Positions 22,834 through 35,227 of a DNA stretch of 64,000 bases are shown one piece after another (the stretch's first letter is position 1; every line of letters starts with the position of its first letter). The position numbers and the translations under genes are program-made. The notes under the pieces were generated by a model that saw only the letters and a list, made by a program, of their open reading frames with translations, was not told the origin of the DNA and ran no database searches. Origin of the DNA: the human T2T-CHM13v2.0 reference genome, Homo sapiens. Where the stretch lies: assembly GCF_009914755.1 (NCBI RefSeq), contig NC_060933.1; one strand, written 5' to 3'.

Positions 22834-25642
22834 TGTCTTAGCCTGTTAGTGCTGCTGTAACAAAATGCCATAGACTGGGTGGCTTATATACAACAGAAAC
22901 TTATTTCTCATAGTTTTGGAGGCTTGGAAGTCCAAGACCAAGGCATTAGTAGGTTTGGTGTCTGGCAAGGGCCTGTTTCCTGGTTCATAGATGGAACCTT
23001 CTATATATATATGTTCACATGGTGGAAGGGGCAAGGCAGCTCTCTGGGACCTTTTTTTTTTTTTTTGTCTGAAAGAATTCCAATATTATGAGCATGTAAT
23101 ATAAACAAAGGTAGTGCTTTAATCTATTGGGAAAAGGATGAATTATTTAATCACTAGCAATGACATGGAGGGAGAAAATCAATATGAACCAATGGAGCCT
23201 CTTTTATAAAGGCACTAATTCACCCCCTGATATGGTTTAGCTATGTCCCGACCCAAATCTCATCTTGAATTGTAGTTCCCATAATCCCCACATATTGTGG
23301 GAAGGACTATGTGGGAGATGACTGAATCATGGGGGTGGTTACCCCTGTGCTGCTGTTCTCATTATAGTGAGTGAGTTCTCACAAGATCTGATGATTTTAT
23401 AAGGGGCTTTTTCCTGTTTTGCTGGGCACTCCTCCTTCCTGCCACCATATGAAGAAGGACATGTTTGCTTGCCCTTCTGCCATGATTGTGAGGCCTCCGC
23501 AGCCATATGGAACTGTGATTCAATTAAATGTCTTTCCTTTATAAATTACCCAGTCTCAGGTACGTCTTTATTAGCAGTGTGTGAACAAACTAATACAGTA
23601 AATTGGTACTGGTAGAGTGAGGTGCTACTGTAAAGATACCTGAAAATGTGGAAGCAACTTTGGAACTGGTGAACAGGGAGAGGCTGGAACAGTTTGGAGT
23701 GCTCAGAAGAAGTCAGGAAGATGTGGGAAAGTTTGGAACTTCCTAGAGACTTGTTGAATGGCTTTGACCAAAATGCTGATAGTGATATGGACAATAAAGT
23801 CCAGGCTGACGTGGTCTCAGAGGGAGATGAGGAGCAAAGGAGACTCTTGTTATGTTTTAGCAAAGAGACTGGTGGCATTTTGCTCCTGCCCTAGAGATTT
23901 GTGGAACTTTGAACTTGAGAGAGACGATTTTGGGGCATCTGGCAGAAGAACTTTCTAAGCAGCAAAGTGTTAAAGAGGTGACTTGGGTGCTGTTAAATGC
24001 ATTCAGTTTTATATATTCACAAATATATGGTTTGGAATTATAACTTATCTTTAAAAGGGAAGCAGAGCATAAAAGTTCAAAAAATTTAAAGCCTGATGTT
24101 GCGATAGAAAAGAAAATCTCATTTTCTGAAGAGAAATTCAAGCCAGCTGCAGAAATTTGCATAAGTAACAAGAAAGCCAAATGTTAATCACCAAAACAAT
24201 GGGGAAAATATCTCCACGGCATGTCAGAGGTCTTCATGGCAGCCCCTCCAATCACAGGCCCAGAGGGCCTATGAGGAAAAGGTGTTTTTTTGGGCTGGGC
24301 CCAGGGCCTTGCTGCTTTGTGCAGTCTTGAGACTTGGTGCCCTGTGTCCCAGCCATGGCTAAAAGAGGCCAATGTAGAGTTCAGGCCATTGCTTCAGAGG
24401 GTGCAAGCCCCAAGCCTTGGAGGCTTCCACATGGTGTTGAGCCTGCAGGTGCACAGAAGTCAAGAATTGAGGTTTGGGAACCTCCCCCTGGATTTCAGAG
24501 TATGTATGGAAATGCCTGGATGTGCAGGTAGAGGTGTGCTGCAGGGGTGGGGCCCTCATGGAGAACCTCTGCTAGGGCAGTGTGGAAAGGAAATGTGGGA
24601 TTGTAGCCTCCACACAGTGTCCCCACTAGGGCACTGCCTAGTGGAGCTGTGAGAAGAAGGCCATTGCTCTCCAGACTCCAGAATGGTAGATCTACTGACA
24701 GCTTTCATCGTGCAACTAGAAATGCCACAGACTTTCAATGCTAGTCCATGAAAGCAACTGGGAGGGGAGCTTTACCCTGCAAAGCCAAAGGAGCAGAGCT
24801 GCCCAAGGCCATGGGAACCCACCTCTTGCATCAGCGTGACCTGGATGTGAGACATGGAGATCAAGGAGATAATTTTGGAACTTTAAGGTTTAATGACTGT
24901 CCACTAGATTTTGGACTTGCATGGAGCCTGTAGCCCCTTGGTTTTGGCCAATTTCTCCCATTTGGAATGGGTATATTTACCTAATGCCTGTACCCCCATT
25001 GTATCTAGGAAATAACTAACTTGCTTTTGATTTTACAGGTTCATAGGTGGAAGGGACTTGCCTTGTCTCAGATGAGACTTTGGACTGTGGACTTTTGAGT
25101 TAATGCTGAAATGAGTTAAGACTTTGGGGGACTATTGGGAAGGCATGTTTGTGCTTTGACATGTGAGGACCTGAGATTTGGGAGAGGCCAGGAGTGGACT
25201 GATATGGTTTGGCTGTGTCCCCACCTAAATCTCATCTTGAATTGTAGTTCCCATAATCCCTGTGTGGGATCATGTGGGAGATGACTGAATCACAGGGGTG
25301 GTTACCCCATGTTGCTGTTCTCATTATAGTGAGTGAGTTGGTTTTATAAGGGGCTTGTCCTCTTTTTGCTGGGCACTTCTTCCTGCCACCATATGAAGAA
25401 GGACATGTTTGCTTCCCCTTCTGCCAGGATTGTGAGGCCTCCCCAGCCATGTGGAACTGTGAGTCAATTAAACCTCTTTCCTTTTTAAATTACCCAGTCA
25501 GCTATGTCTTTATCAGCAGTGGGAGAATGAACTAATACACCCCCGAAGGCCCTACCTAATATAATCACATTGATAATTAGGTTTTCAACATATAAATTTG
25601 GCTGGTGGTGGTGGGGAGGTCATAAACATTCAGTCCATAGCA
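22834..25642 (-). mobile_element. MLT1A LTR (22834-23227 and 25545-25642), host of two later insertions
   Basis: tgtcttagcctgttagtgctgctgtaacaaaatgccatagactgggtggctta..cttttataaaggcactaat / ..ataaacattcagtccatagca. Confidence 0.9.
23228..25539 (+). mobile_element. Complete THE1C MaLR provirus: 5' LTR 23228-23597, internal 23598-25199, 3' LTR 25200-25539
   Basis: Both LTRs run tgatatggttt..ctaataca; the internal region starts gtaaattggtac; perfect 5-bp TSD CCCCC (23223-23227 / 25540-25544). Confidence 0.97.
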
Positions 25643-27064
25643 TGCAGATAAATTTAGGAGTCTAGAATTCAAAAGAGACGTCTGGGCTGGCTGTATAAAG
25701 ATGGGAATCATCAATGTTTAGATGGTACTTCAAGCTAGGAGGTTGGATGAAATCACCATGGGAGTTAAGGTAGGTAGAGAAGAGGTCTGAGAATAGAGCT
25801 CTGGACTGTTACAGGAGATGGTGAGGCACTAGGAAATGAAAATAAGAAGGGCTGGCCAGTGAATTAGGAGAGGACTAAGAGAACTAGGGACCTAGAATTT
25901 AAGAAAGTATTTCTAGAAAGGGGCAGTGACCATCCTTATGAAAAGCTGCTGATATGCCACGAAATCTGAGGCCAGAGGATTGTCCACTGGATTTAGTAGC
26001 AAGGAGGTTACTGGTGCCCTGAACTGGAGCTGTTTAGATGGAGAGGTGGAGGTGAACACTGGGAGGTCTGGATTTAAGTGAGAATGAGATGAGGCAGCAG
26101 GAGTGTTGACTCCTTCAAGGAGTTTTGCTGTAAAGAGGAATAGAAAATGGAGTAGTAGATGAGGGAGATTGTGGGCTTGGAAGGGGATACTTTTAGAGAT
26201 ATGACAGTATGTTTGAGGGCTGCAGAGAATGATCTAGAGCCTGAGAAACATTGATGAGGGAGGAGAGAGATGAGACAACTGCTAGAAGGAAGCACTTGAG
26301 TTGGGAAATGAGGAAGGCATCGAGTGCACAAATAGAGAGGCTGTTCTTGTGCAGGAGTGATAGCAGAGCCCACAGAATGAGTGCAGGTGTGCGGGAGCCT
26401 GTGGTGGCTTGGTCTGTGGATGAACCTTCTGACTGCTTCCGTTTTCTCAGTGAAATGGGAAGCAAGGTCATCAGCTGGCAGGGAGGAAGGGGGAAGAGGT
26501 GTTGGAAATTTGAGGAGAGAAGAGAAGGTGTGAAATAATCCTCTCAGACAGTTCAGGAGTAATTGATCTAAGGCAATGCAGTCAGATTTCTGGATACCTC
26601 CAACGGCTCCCCTGTGATTAGGGATCTTGAATTTAAATAAGAGCAGACAGTAGAAATCAGGTCTTGGGTGTGTCTCCAGTGTTTTCAACTCAATAGGTGC
26701 AAGTACAGGTAGGCAAAGTATTGGATTTAATCTGAGTTGGGCTTTTGCCAGCTGAGTATGACAGAGAGAGAGGGGTGCAAGGGAATTGAGGGTGTGGACT
26801 GTGGGTATGATGATGGTTATTGATCATAGAATCTGAAAGCTGGTCAGAGAGGGACATGAGGTGGGTGCGGGGCAGTGAAGGGGTGGTAGAAAGAGTGCTA
26901 TGCTTTATTTGACTTAACAAACTGGACTCCTTATTATAAATTCAATCACATTTCTAATGCATGGTGGAAAGTTAGTATGTTAAAAAAAATAGTACATTTT
27001 TATATGTTAAATATCCTATATAATAGTAATAATTATCTGCTGTGTTGCTGTTTTTATTATATTC

Positions 27065-27365
27065 TTTTTCTTTATGTTTTTAGAGATGGAGTCTTGCTCT
27101 GTTGTCCAGGCTGGAATGCAGTACCATGATCATAGCTCACTGCAGCCTTGAAGTCCTGGGCTCAAGCAATCCTCCTGCCTCAGCCAACTAAGTAGCTGTG
27201 ACTACAGGTGTGTGCCACCATGCCTGGCTAATTAAAAAAAATTATTTTAGAGACGGTGGCTTGCTATGTTGCTGAAGCTGGTCTCAAACTCCTGGCCTCA
27301 AGCCATCCTCCTACCTCAGCCTCCCAAATAGCTGAGATTATAGGCATGAGCCACTGTACCCAGGT
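27065..27365 (-). mobile_element. AluJ
   Basis: gatcatagctcactgcagccttgaagtcctgggctcaagcaatcc; full dimer. Confidence 0.95.
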
Positions 27366-28699
27366 ATATTGTATTTTCTTAAAGCAAGTCATGGTATACC
27401 TGAAAGAAACCAAATATAAGGCACTGTAGATGAATCCCAGTGCTGTTGGCAGAAGGGACAGGGAGGCCACATGTGAACCAGGGGTCACTGGCCCTGCCCC
27501 AAAGGCTGGACTTGAATATGCAGCTGGTGCCACTGGCTAACAGAGCCACAGTCTCGGTCACAATAATAGAACTGTTGACCCATGAGGTTTCTGGTCATAG
27601 GGGCAGAAACTGCCAACAGGGAGAGGGCAGCTGGCCATCTGAAGCCAGGATCTGTCCCATCCAGGAAAGGAGAATTGGCAGGAGTTGGGGACATCTTGCC
27701 ATGGGTGAATACTCCTCTGAGAAGGGAGAAGGGAGGAGGCAGCTTACAGACAGAACCATGAGGGAGGGACAACATGGAGCCCAAAGCCCTGCTCCTGAGT
27801 TGCTGGGTCTGGATCTCGGGGTCAGGGTTGTTTGTGAGATTGGAGAGGCAGCAGAAGTAGCCCAGATGAAAGGGAAGAACCTGGGTTGGTCTCTTTGCTG
27901 GGCAAACTCTTTGCACCACAGTCTGGGCTGGCTCAGGCATTGGATAGGAGTGAGCCTGAGGGTGGGGGTACTGACCCATCCAGCGGCACAATTTGGGAAA
28001 GGAAGGGGCAGAAGAAGCAAGGCGCGGCTGATGAGGAACATCTGCTCTCTTCCCACAGTGCAGATGGAAGGCCTAAATGCCAGCACACCGTTTATTTCAC
28101 TTTGGCAAAATCCATGTTTATTTCATCCCTCACCTCATTGTCTAGACTTAACATAAATCAGGACAGTGCAAATGGAAACCACAGGTCCTTCTCTTGGCCT
28201 TGCCAGCTTTATTCTTCCCTAGGGCAGGTGCGCATGTTGCATTAGTGTCATAAGGTGGCATGAGACTGTACCAGGCCATTAGTCCTGATTCTGATCCAGC
28301 AGCATCACTGCCTTGCTCCGTGATCTTCCCATGTTTGAGTCACCTCATCCTTGATATGGAAGGGGCAGTACCTGTTCTCTCAGTAGCATAAGATAAGAGG
28401 TAGGGAAGTGCTTGGGAAAATGCAATAAAAGACACTGCTGGAAGCCTTCAGCAGTAGGTTGGGTTACAGAGGTCTTGGCCTTGCAAAATGAAGTGAGGTC
28501 AGCACAGATTAAGCAGACCAAATCAAATCTTTGATGGTTGAGTGATTTTTAAAAATGATTGCAGGTCTGCACAATTTAACAAGACTGCCCATAGCAGCTG
28601 AAAACATTTCCAGAGCAGATCAGATAAAGCCAAGTTAGAAATTGGTCATTGCTGTAAATCAAGTGGCAGACTATCAATGACCTAGATTACCCCAGTTTT

Positions 28700-29000
28700 C
28701 CCACAGGAAGTGAAAGGAAAACCACTGTGTGGCTGCTGAGGCTTGATTTGTCAAGAGCTGAGAGAGCTACACAACATTAAAAGATTGCCCATTTCTCAGC
28801 TTGCCCTAATGAATTGGGACTCATTTAATTCAGAAGCTGATGAGATGTCTAAATCACATCTATAGAATAAGTGGTCAGATTTAAACTCCAGTTGCCAACA
28901 ATCTGTAACGGCCTCTGGTTGCGTTGTTCATCTCTTAGTTAATAAATGCTTGGCTTTTTGCTGAAGCTGCCGCTTTTTAATGTCTAACACCATGACGTCA
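28700..29000. promoter_or_regulatory. Candidate enhancer motif cluster (ETS-IRF composite, RUNX-like, full CRE)
   Basis: ACAGGAAGTGAAAG at 28703-28716, AACCAC at 28720-28725, TGACGTCA at 28993-29000, in apparently repeat-free sequence. Confidence 0.35.
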
Positions 29001-29202
29001 GCATTTTTCCCATTTTCTGCCCTCCCTTTAAGGAGGTAGGGATGAGAAATGGTAAGAAGATAGGGCTTGTTATGGGTCTTGACTTGGAAGACCCAGAGCA
29101 TGGGTCTTGAAGTAGAACCTTGATGGCTCTTTTCTGTCTGTGCTGCAGGTTTAGGGGCCTGCATTTAGACTGGCCCATAACTATGGGAGCTGCTCCCAGC
29201 CA

Positions 29203-29322
29203 TCCTAGACTTCTCAAGAAGCCCATAACTCTTAGGAAGAACTAAGAGCCTAACTCGTGTTGTCCTGGACTTTTCAAGAAGCCGATAACTCCTAGGTAGA
29301 ACCAGGAACCCAACTCTACTCG
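29203..29322. repeat. Diverged 60-bp tandem duplication
   Basis: tcctagacttctcaagaagcccataactcttaggaagaac.. and tcctggacttttcaagaagccgataactcctaggtagaac.., offset exactly 60 bp. Confidence 0.9.
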
Positions 29323-30009
29323 TCTGTCCTACGTAGGGTCTACAAGGCAGTGTAACACACCACGCCCTGCACCCTAACTGATCATAGTCAGCCGTGGTGA
29401 CCACAGGATGGTTCATCCTTCTTGCTGGTTCCCAGCATCCTTCTTGCTGGTTCGCATGTGCTCTTTTGGCACTTATCACTCCCACATTCTGGACTCCTGG
29501 CCCTGCAGTTGACTTTGACCCTACCTTTGGCCCTTTGAATTTGTGCAAATACCACTGCTGAGCTGACTTGACTCATTCTCCAGCTCCCACTACCGTTTGC
29601 AGTGAAGGTTTGTAATGCCCTTGATGAGAATGAAGCTCCCAGTTTCACATTGGGACACAGTGGGTAAGCAAATGCCACACAAAAGAAGGCACATAGTGCA
29701 CACTTGTACCATCATCTAACGTCTGCATGGTTCTATTGCAGGGCTATACTTTCTTATCGGTAGATACATGGAAATGGAAATGCACCTGCTTTTAAATATA
29801 TACTTAATGCACAAGTGTCAATGATATAGTTTTCACCTGAAGAAAATCTAGAGCCATCAAAGTACAGGGCGAGACATACTATATGAGCCTGAACGATTGT
29901 GGCAGGATTCTAAGAATCTGGATGATGAATCTGAAGAACTCTGTAACAAACAGATGCAAAGATGCCATATTTAGACCTCAGAGGAAGTGAGCCTCCTGTC
30001 ACTGGGAGA

Positions 30010-32330
30010 ATCCATTCATTCTCCTGATTCACTCATATGCAGAATAAGTGTTGATGGCCTTCTGTGTGCTAGGGATTCAAGGACAGTGCAGTGGAAAAGA
30101 TGGGCTAGTACGGAGGATTTAGAAGGTGGTGTGGGACAATAAGTACTCTGATAGAGAAGCATGTGGTGCTCTCAGAAGTAACTTGTCCATGATCACAAAC
30201 CAGTAAGTGGCAATTTAATTTTGAACACATGTATATCTGACACCAAGACTCATCTATCAACCATTAAGCTATATCATTGCATAAGCAGTTCCCTGTAACT
30301 GGATTGGAAGGTTTGAGATAATGGTGAGAATGGTGAGAAAGAATGATGGAGAGATGGACTGTCTTGTATGCCATTTTAGGTAGAGTTTGGATTTTATCCT
30401 GTGGGTCATGGGAATCTCTCAGGAAGTGATCTAGTTGGATATGCATTTTTGAGAGAGTACTCCACTGTAGTATATGAAGTAATTTGAATTGGGAGGGATG
30501 GGGAGTGGGCAGTAAGACCACTCAGAGGTGGCTATCTTGATACTGATCCAAGAATGAAATAGGGATAGACTGACATGAGAGAGTGGCTGTGGAGATGGTG
30601 AAGAAGGCATGGATTTGATAGTTATGTGGTTGAATTGCTGGAACTTGGTACTGATTGAGTAAAGGGTGAGAGGTATGGAGAAATAAAGTTGATAGCCATG
30701 TTTCCAGCATAGACAAGGGGATGGTTGATGTTGAACATGGAAAGAGGGACATATTTTGGGGAAAAGTGATGAGTTTATTTTGGACATGTTGAGATCATAA
30801 TACCTTCGGAATATACATGTGAGATGCCTGATAGGAAATAACATGTAGGTATGGAATTCAGGAAGGAGATCTGGTTTTGGGGACTTCAGTAAATCTGCAT
30901 CAAATAGTAACTTTAGCCATGGATGTGAATGAGGCTATCCAGGGAAAGAATGCAAAATATAAGGTCAACCTGGTGACTCACTGTGCTGAGGGAAGCCAGG
31001 GAAGCAGAAGGGGAGTCAGGGTAGACAGAAACAGGGGGGTAGGTGAAGATGAAAGAACTTTCCAGGAAGGAGGGAGTGATGCATGGTGCCAAATGCCACT
31101 GACAGGCAATGGTACACATTCTAAAAAGTGTCCATTGAACATACCAACTAGAAGGTAACTGGTGGCCCTCACAAGAATGGAAAAGCAGGTTCAGTGAGGT
31201 TGTGGAGTGTGGAGTTCAGCTGAGAGGAAGTTGGGGATTAAATGAAGTCTTTGTCTCCCTAAGTGGTGTGGCTGTGAAGGAAAGAAGAGAAGTAAGTCTT
31301 AGCTAGAGAGGGCATAGGATTTGCATGGATTGTTTTAAGAAGAGGAAGTCTAAATTCTTAGGTGAAGGAGTTAGGAGAAAATAGTGAAAGAGGTGAAATG
31401 CAGGTGAGTGGAGGATAAATGATGGTATGGGGTCCCTGAGAGGTCAGGGCATGATGGAATTCAAGGTACTGGTTATTAGCCTTTTTATGTACAAACAAAA
31501 AAGATATTGATGTTCTATTTATGCTAAGTATGGGCTTGTCCTGGGGAGAAAGTATCTTTAACTGAAGCTAGAGAGTTGACAAGGAACATGTACAAAGATC
31601 CCTGGACAGTGTTGAGAGCTCAGATAAGGTTGGAGACCACAGATTTGTAGTGTCGTTCTCCTACACTCCAGGGCACCTTATGTAGGTGTTTGATCTTGGG
31701 AAATGAGACTGTGCTTAGCTCTCATTTGGGATTTTTGCCAGATACCTGGATGTAGCCAAAGGACGAGGAGGCAAGATTGTTGAGGATATAGGAAGACAGT
31801 GCAGTGATTGGAATGGATTGTTCACATGATCTTAGGCGAAAAGACATAAAAATGAAGACAGGAGGGCTATGATGGACTGGGATAAGATAGAGGAAGCTGG
31901 AGATTAGAAGATTTGAAAAGACCCAAGAGCAGAGGTGTGAGGACAAGCCAGTGAGAGACAGGGAAAGAGGCGAGGCTGTGGTTGGAGTCTGGGCCGCTGC
32001 ACCTAAACAGTTCCACATTTAGTGATGAGGCCAGATTTCAGCCCTGAGTGCAGATCGTTGAGGAGAGTGAAGATCAAGGTCATCAGAGTTGAGGTTTTCA
32101 GGAAACTGTGGGAATAGGGTTGAATGAGTCATGAACACAAACACTGAAGTCACCCCGGATGATGGTGGGATTTCATATAGCTCCTGTGAGCCAAGGAATG
32201 AAGTCATCAGTGGATGTACGGAAGTGACCAGAAGATCAGCTGGGGACAGAGTTAAGGAGAGAGGGAACAAGGGAACAGATGAGACTTTTTCCATGAGGGC
32301 AGAGGAGTCATGGTCTGGAAATGACATGAA
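30010..32330 (-). mobile_element. Fragmented long L2 (with a MIR fragment at about 30170-30270)
   Basis: cattcattc tail; gagtttggattttatcctg; tgagtttattttggacatgttgag; cagggaaagaatg..; gaagtcacc..gatgatgg..gaagtcatcagtggatg. Confidence 0.75.
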
Positions 32331-33548
32331 GGAGAAAGAAAAGTGCCAAACCCACTTCCTGATCCTAATGCCATCTGGCTTAAGAGCCCATATTCATTGA
32401 GTCTGAAATGCAACGGACAACTACCAGTTTGTCTGGAGGCGGTACAAATACTCTTCTAATATTTTTTTAAAAACTATAGGATGTAGTCTATTTTCAACTT
32501 TATTCAAGCAGATTTATTTACCCCTACCGAGTTTTCTAAATCAGTGAATCAGTATTTTAAGGAATAAATCTTAGGCACATAAAATGATAGGAATAAAATA
32601 TGTATTATAAAGCTTCTTTAATCAATACAAGCTATTCTTATAAGTCTATTGGTTAATGTCTAGATTGCCGTGCCCACTTAAAATGGGAAAACATTCCAGT
32701 TGGCACTTTGTGGATGTTGAGTTGCTACTTGGACACAGTTACTGGCCTTTTGGTCTGATCAGAGGCCAATTTTGAGCTAGGAGTTTCCCATGCATATGCA
32801 TGATGTCCTACTATCTGTGATACATGCTGGGCATCTGAGCCTGCCTGGTATGCTAATGATCAGACCAGGGAAATGCACATCACTGTGAGTCACAAGGGTA
32901 GCACGTCTAATCTAAAAAATTCAAACCCCTATAATTAGAGTTCAGATGTCTTCATAGCTCTATTCCTCAGATTTTTTTGATCTGAAAAACAAAAGCAAAC
33001 AACAAACAATTGTGTAAAAATAGACAGTCTAGGCTTGTGTAAATTTGCAGTGGAAATCTGCCTCTCTGATGAGCCATACAGTGTCTATGGGTTGAAAAAC
33101 GAAATTCAGAAAGCAAATAGTTGGTCACCTTAGAGCCCAGAGGGATGCTCAGAATTCCCTAACCTCACAGTGGTGACTACTGAAAGTTTCATTCTGTTTT
33201 ATGACTTGACTTGCAGCGAGGAAGGTAGCACAGCTGTAAACCAGCTGTATTTTATTTACGCTTGGAAACAGGGCCCCTTTGTTCCAAATGTTCCTGGCCC
33301 CCTCCCTCAATTTCATGGATTTAGGTTGTTAGTGGAAAAGTAGTTGTTGAAATATCAGTTCACTCTTGGAACCTGCCACTCACCAGGACTTCTGGCAACC
33401 AGTGAGCCTTTTTGTGATATGCAGCAAGGTAAAGAAGTCGTTAAGTGGATCTCCCACATGTTCCTCTGTGACTTCATTCATAGAAATGCGCTGATAACTG
33501 AGTTACATTAAGCGCAGTCTTCCCAGCTGTCTGAGGACATAAGGGATG

Positions 33549-33567
33549 TAGCGCCTCCTAGTGGAGG
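33549..33567 (-). promoter_or_regulatory. CTCF binding motif
   Basis: The minus strand reads CTCCACTAGGAGGCGCTA, close to the CCASYAGRKGGCRS core, in a unique patch that retains several CpGs. Confidence 0.75.
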
Positions 33568-33829
33568 GAATTTCTTAGCATGTGTTCAACCCCGCACATA
33601 TTTTTGGAATGAGGCAAGGTATTTAAAAATAGTGTACGCTAATGAATGTATTTATTATATCTGGGTAGCAGCGAAACAGAAAAGGTATAAATAAGCCTTT
33701 CGAAAAATGTACTTGCTACACAATCTCTTTTTTTTTGACAAGTCAGCCCTTGAATACAAATAATCTTTTAATGGTGAAAAAAATGACTGAATCATAGCAT
33801 CTTATAAACATAGGAGCTATGGGTATCAA

Positions 33830-34050
33830 TAACATGGAAACTGAAGCTGTGGTTATTTTTGAGTGGAAGAAGAGGGATTAAAATTGGCGTGGGGCACATG
33901 GAGAGGCTTCTGGAAGTGGCTAGCAATTTCTATTTATTTTTAACTGGGTGGTGATTACAAAGGTGTTTGCCTTATAAAAATTCATTTAGCTAAACATTGG
34001 TTTTATGATGCTTCTGTATCTGTATTGATAAGAAGGTAAAAAACATAAAA
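33830..34050 (+). mobile_element. Old L1M 3' end
   Basis: gtggttatttttgagtgg..ggggcacatggagaggcttctgg..ctgggtggtgattacaaaggtgtttgccttataaaaattcattta. Confidence 0.75.
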
Positions 34051-34123
34051 ACTTTTCATTAAACATACTACCTGCTAAATTTGCTTTTTAAGGAAAAACC
34101 TCAAAAATGCTAAGCCATGTATA

Positions 34124-34228
34124 CTTTTTATTTTTAGAGATGGAGTCTCACTGTGTTGCCCAGGCTGAACTCAAACTCCTGGGATTAAGGGTTTCTCTTG
34201 AGTAGTTGGGACTACGGGCGTGCCTGGC
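34124..34228 (-). mobile_element. FLAM/Alu monomer
   Basis: tttttagagatggagtctcactgtgttgcccaggctgaactcaaactcctggg..gagtagttgggactac. Confidence 0.85.
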
Positions 34229-35183
34229 ATGGTTTTGACACTTTATTTCACTGTACTTTCGAAATAAGACTTAGGTACCAGTGAACACCTACATTGACAG
34301 GCCTGGTAATATCATTAAAACTTGAGCTTTTATGTTGTCTGTGGCACAGACTCTCTTCTTTCTAGTTCTTCAGAGAACTCCAAATTCAGTATTTCACTTG
34401 GAACATCCAGTTGCCATAGAAATGACCATGTAGGTTACAAGTTCATTTTTGTAACCAGTCAAAAGGAGAAACTAAGAATGACACGAAGGCATCTTTCCAT
34501 TGGAAAAAAATCCTTTGCAGAGTCCCAATTTGAGAAAAAATACATTTTGCTTTAGAAGTGAGAGGCGAACAGATGAATTAGTAATGCTGAAATATTTGAC
34601 TCCTTCCCCCACAGGTGAAAACTCCTGCAGAGCATCTTATAAGAAAAATTATTTTAGAGCAATATAGGTGATGGCAAATTGACATTGGGTTGTAATATTC
34701 TATCCAACATAGTTTAATTCTGAGTTATTCAATCATAACTAAATTTATTCAAGACATAGAATACATTTAAAAATTCATCTTAAAGGAAATTTCACAAAGG
34801 CTTTTACATTCGTGTAATCCAGATGAGAAATGAAGATAGGGGGCGAGCAACAAAGTTGAAAGACCCAAATTGATTCCGGAAGGACTTGCCAAGTTTCTAT
34901 AATGCCTCATTAGCTGCTTATGTGGCAGGGAGACCTGGGAAGAGCAATAACTCTTTTCTAGGTTCTCAGGTTAGGGAATGAGATTTTGACGTGGCCAATA
35001 TGATCTTATATGTCCATTTATGTCTTTTACCTTATCATTTTCTTTTACCTTATCATGGACAGAGTGGCCCCCCAGAAGCACAGGATGCAAGACAACACAC
35101 ATTTCAGTGGCTGCTCCTTCTGCATACATCATTGAGCTCTGCCAAGGGTTTGAACACACACACACGTAAATAAAGGCCTAATT

Positions 35184-35195
35184 ATGTGTGTGTGT

Positions 35196-35227
<32 letters not shown>
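35184..35227. repeat. (TG)n microsatellite
   Basis: TG run with one TA interruption. Confidence 0.95.

Larger units (their letters stand above)
21835..26900 (-). mobile_element. Long L2 LINE (segments 21835-22833 and 25643-26900), interrupted by MLT1A/THE1C
   Basis: Reverse L2 tail (attcagccaagaaatatttttt..ctctgccctcacggagcttgcattct), aaaagattactctggctg and ttctggacatgttaagtt. ORF 26074-26688(-) contains the L2 ORF2-like LFHTFSSLLK..ADDLASHFTEKTEAVRR. Confidence 0.9.

Noticed and set aside
23546-25450. Many ORFs in the THE1C internal region and in Alus elsewhere
   Set aside because: Fragmented repeat-derived frames with no intact MaLR ORF.
26074-26688. 204-aa minus-strand ORF
   Set aside because: Remnant of L2 ORF2 within a decayed L2; not a cellular gene.
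27440-28245. Cluster of long overlapping ORFs (238, 168, 163 and 119 aa) on both strands
   Set aside because: Mostly non-ATG starts, no recognisable domain, and openness in several frames reflects locally high GC and purine skew; no convincing exon structure.
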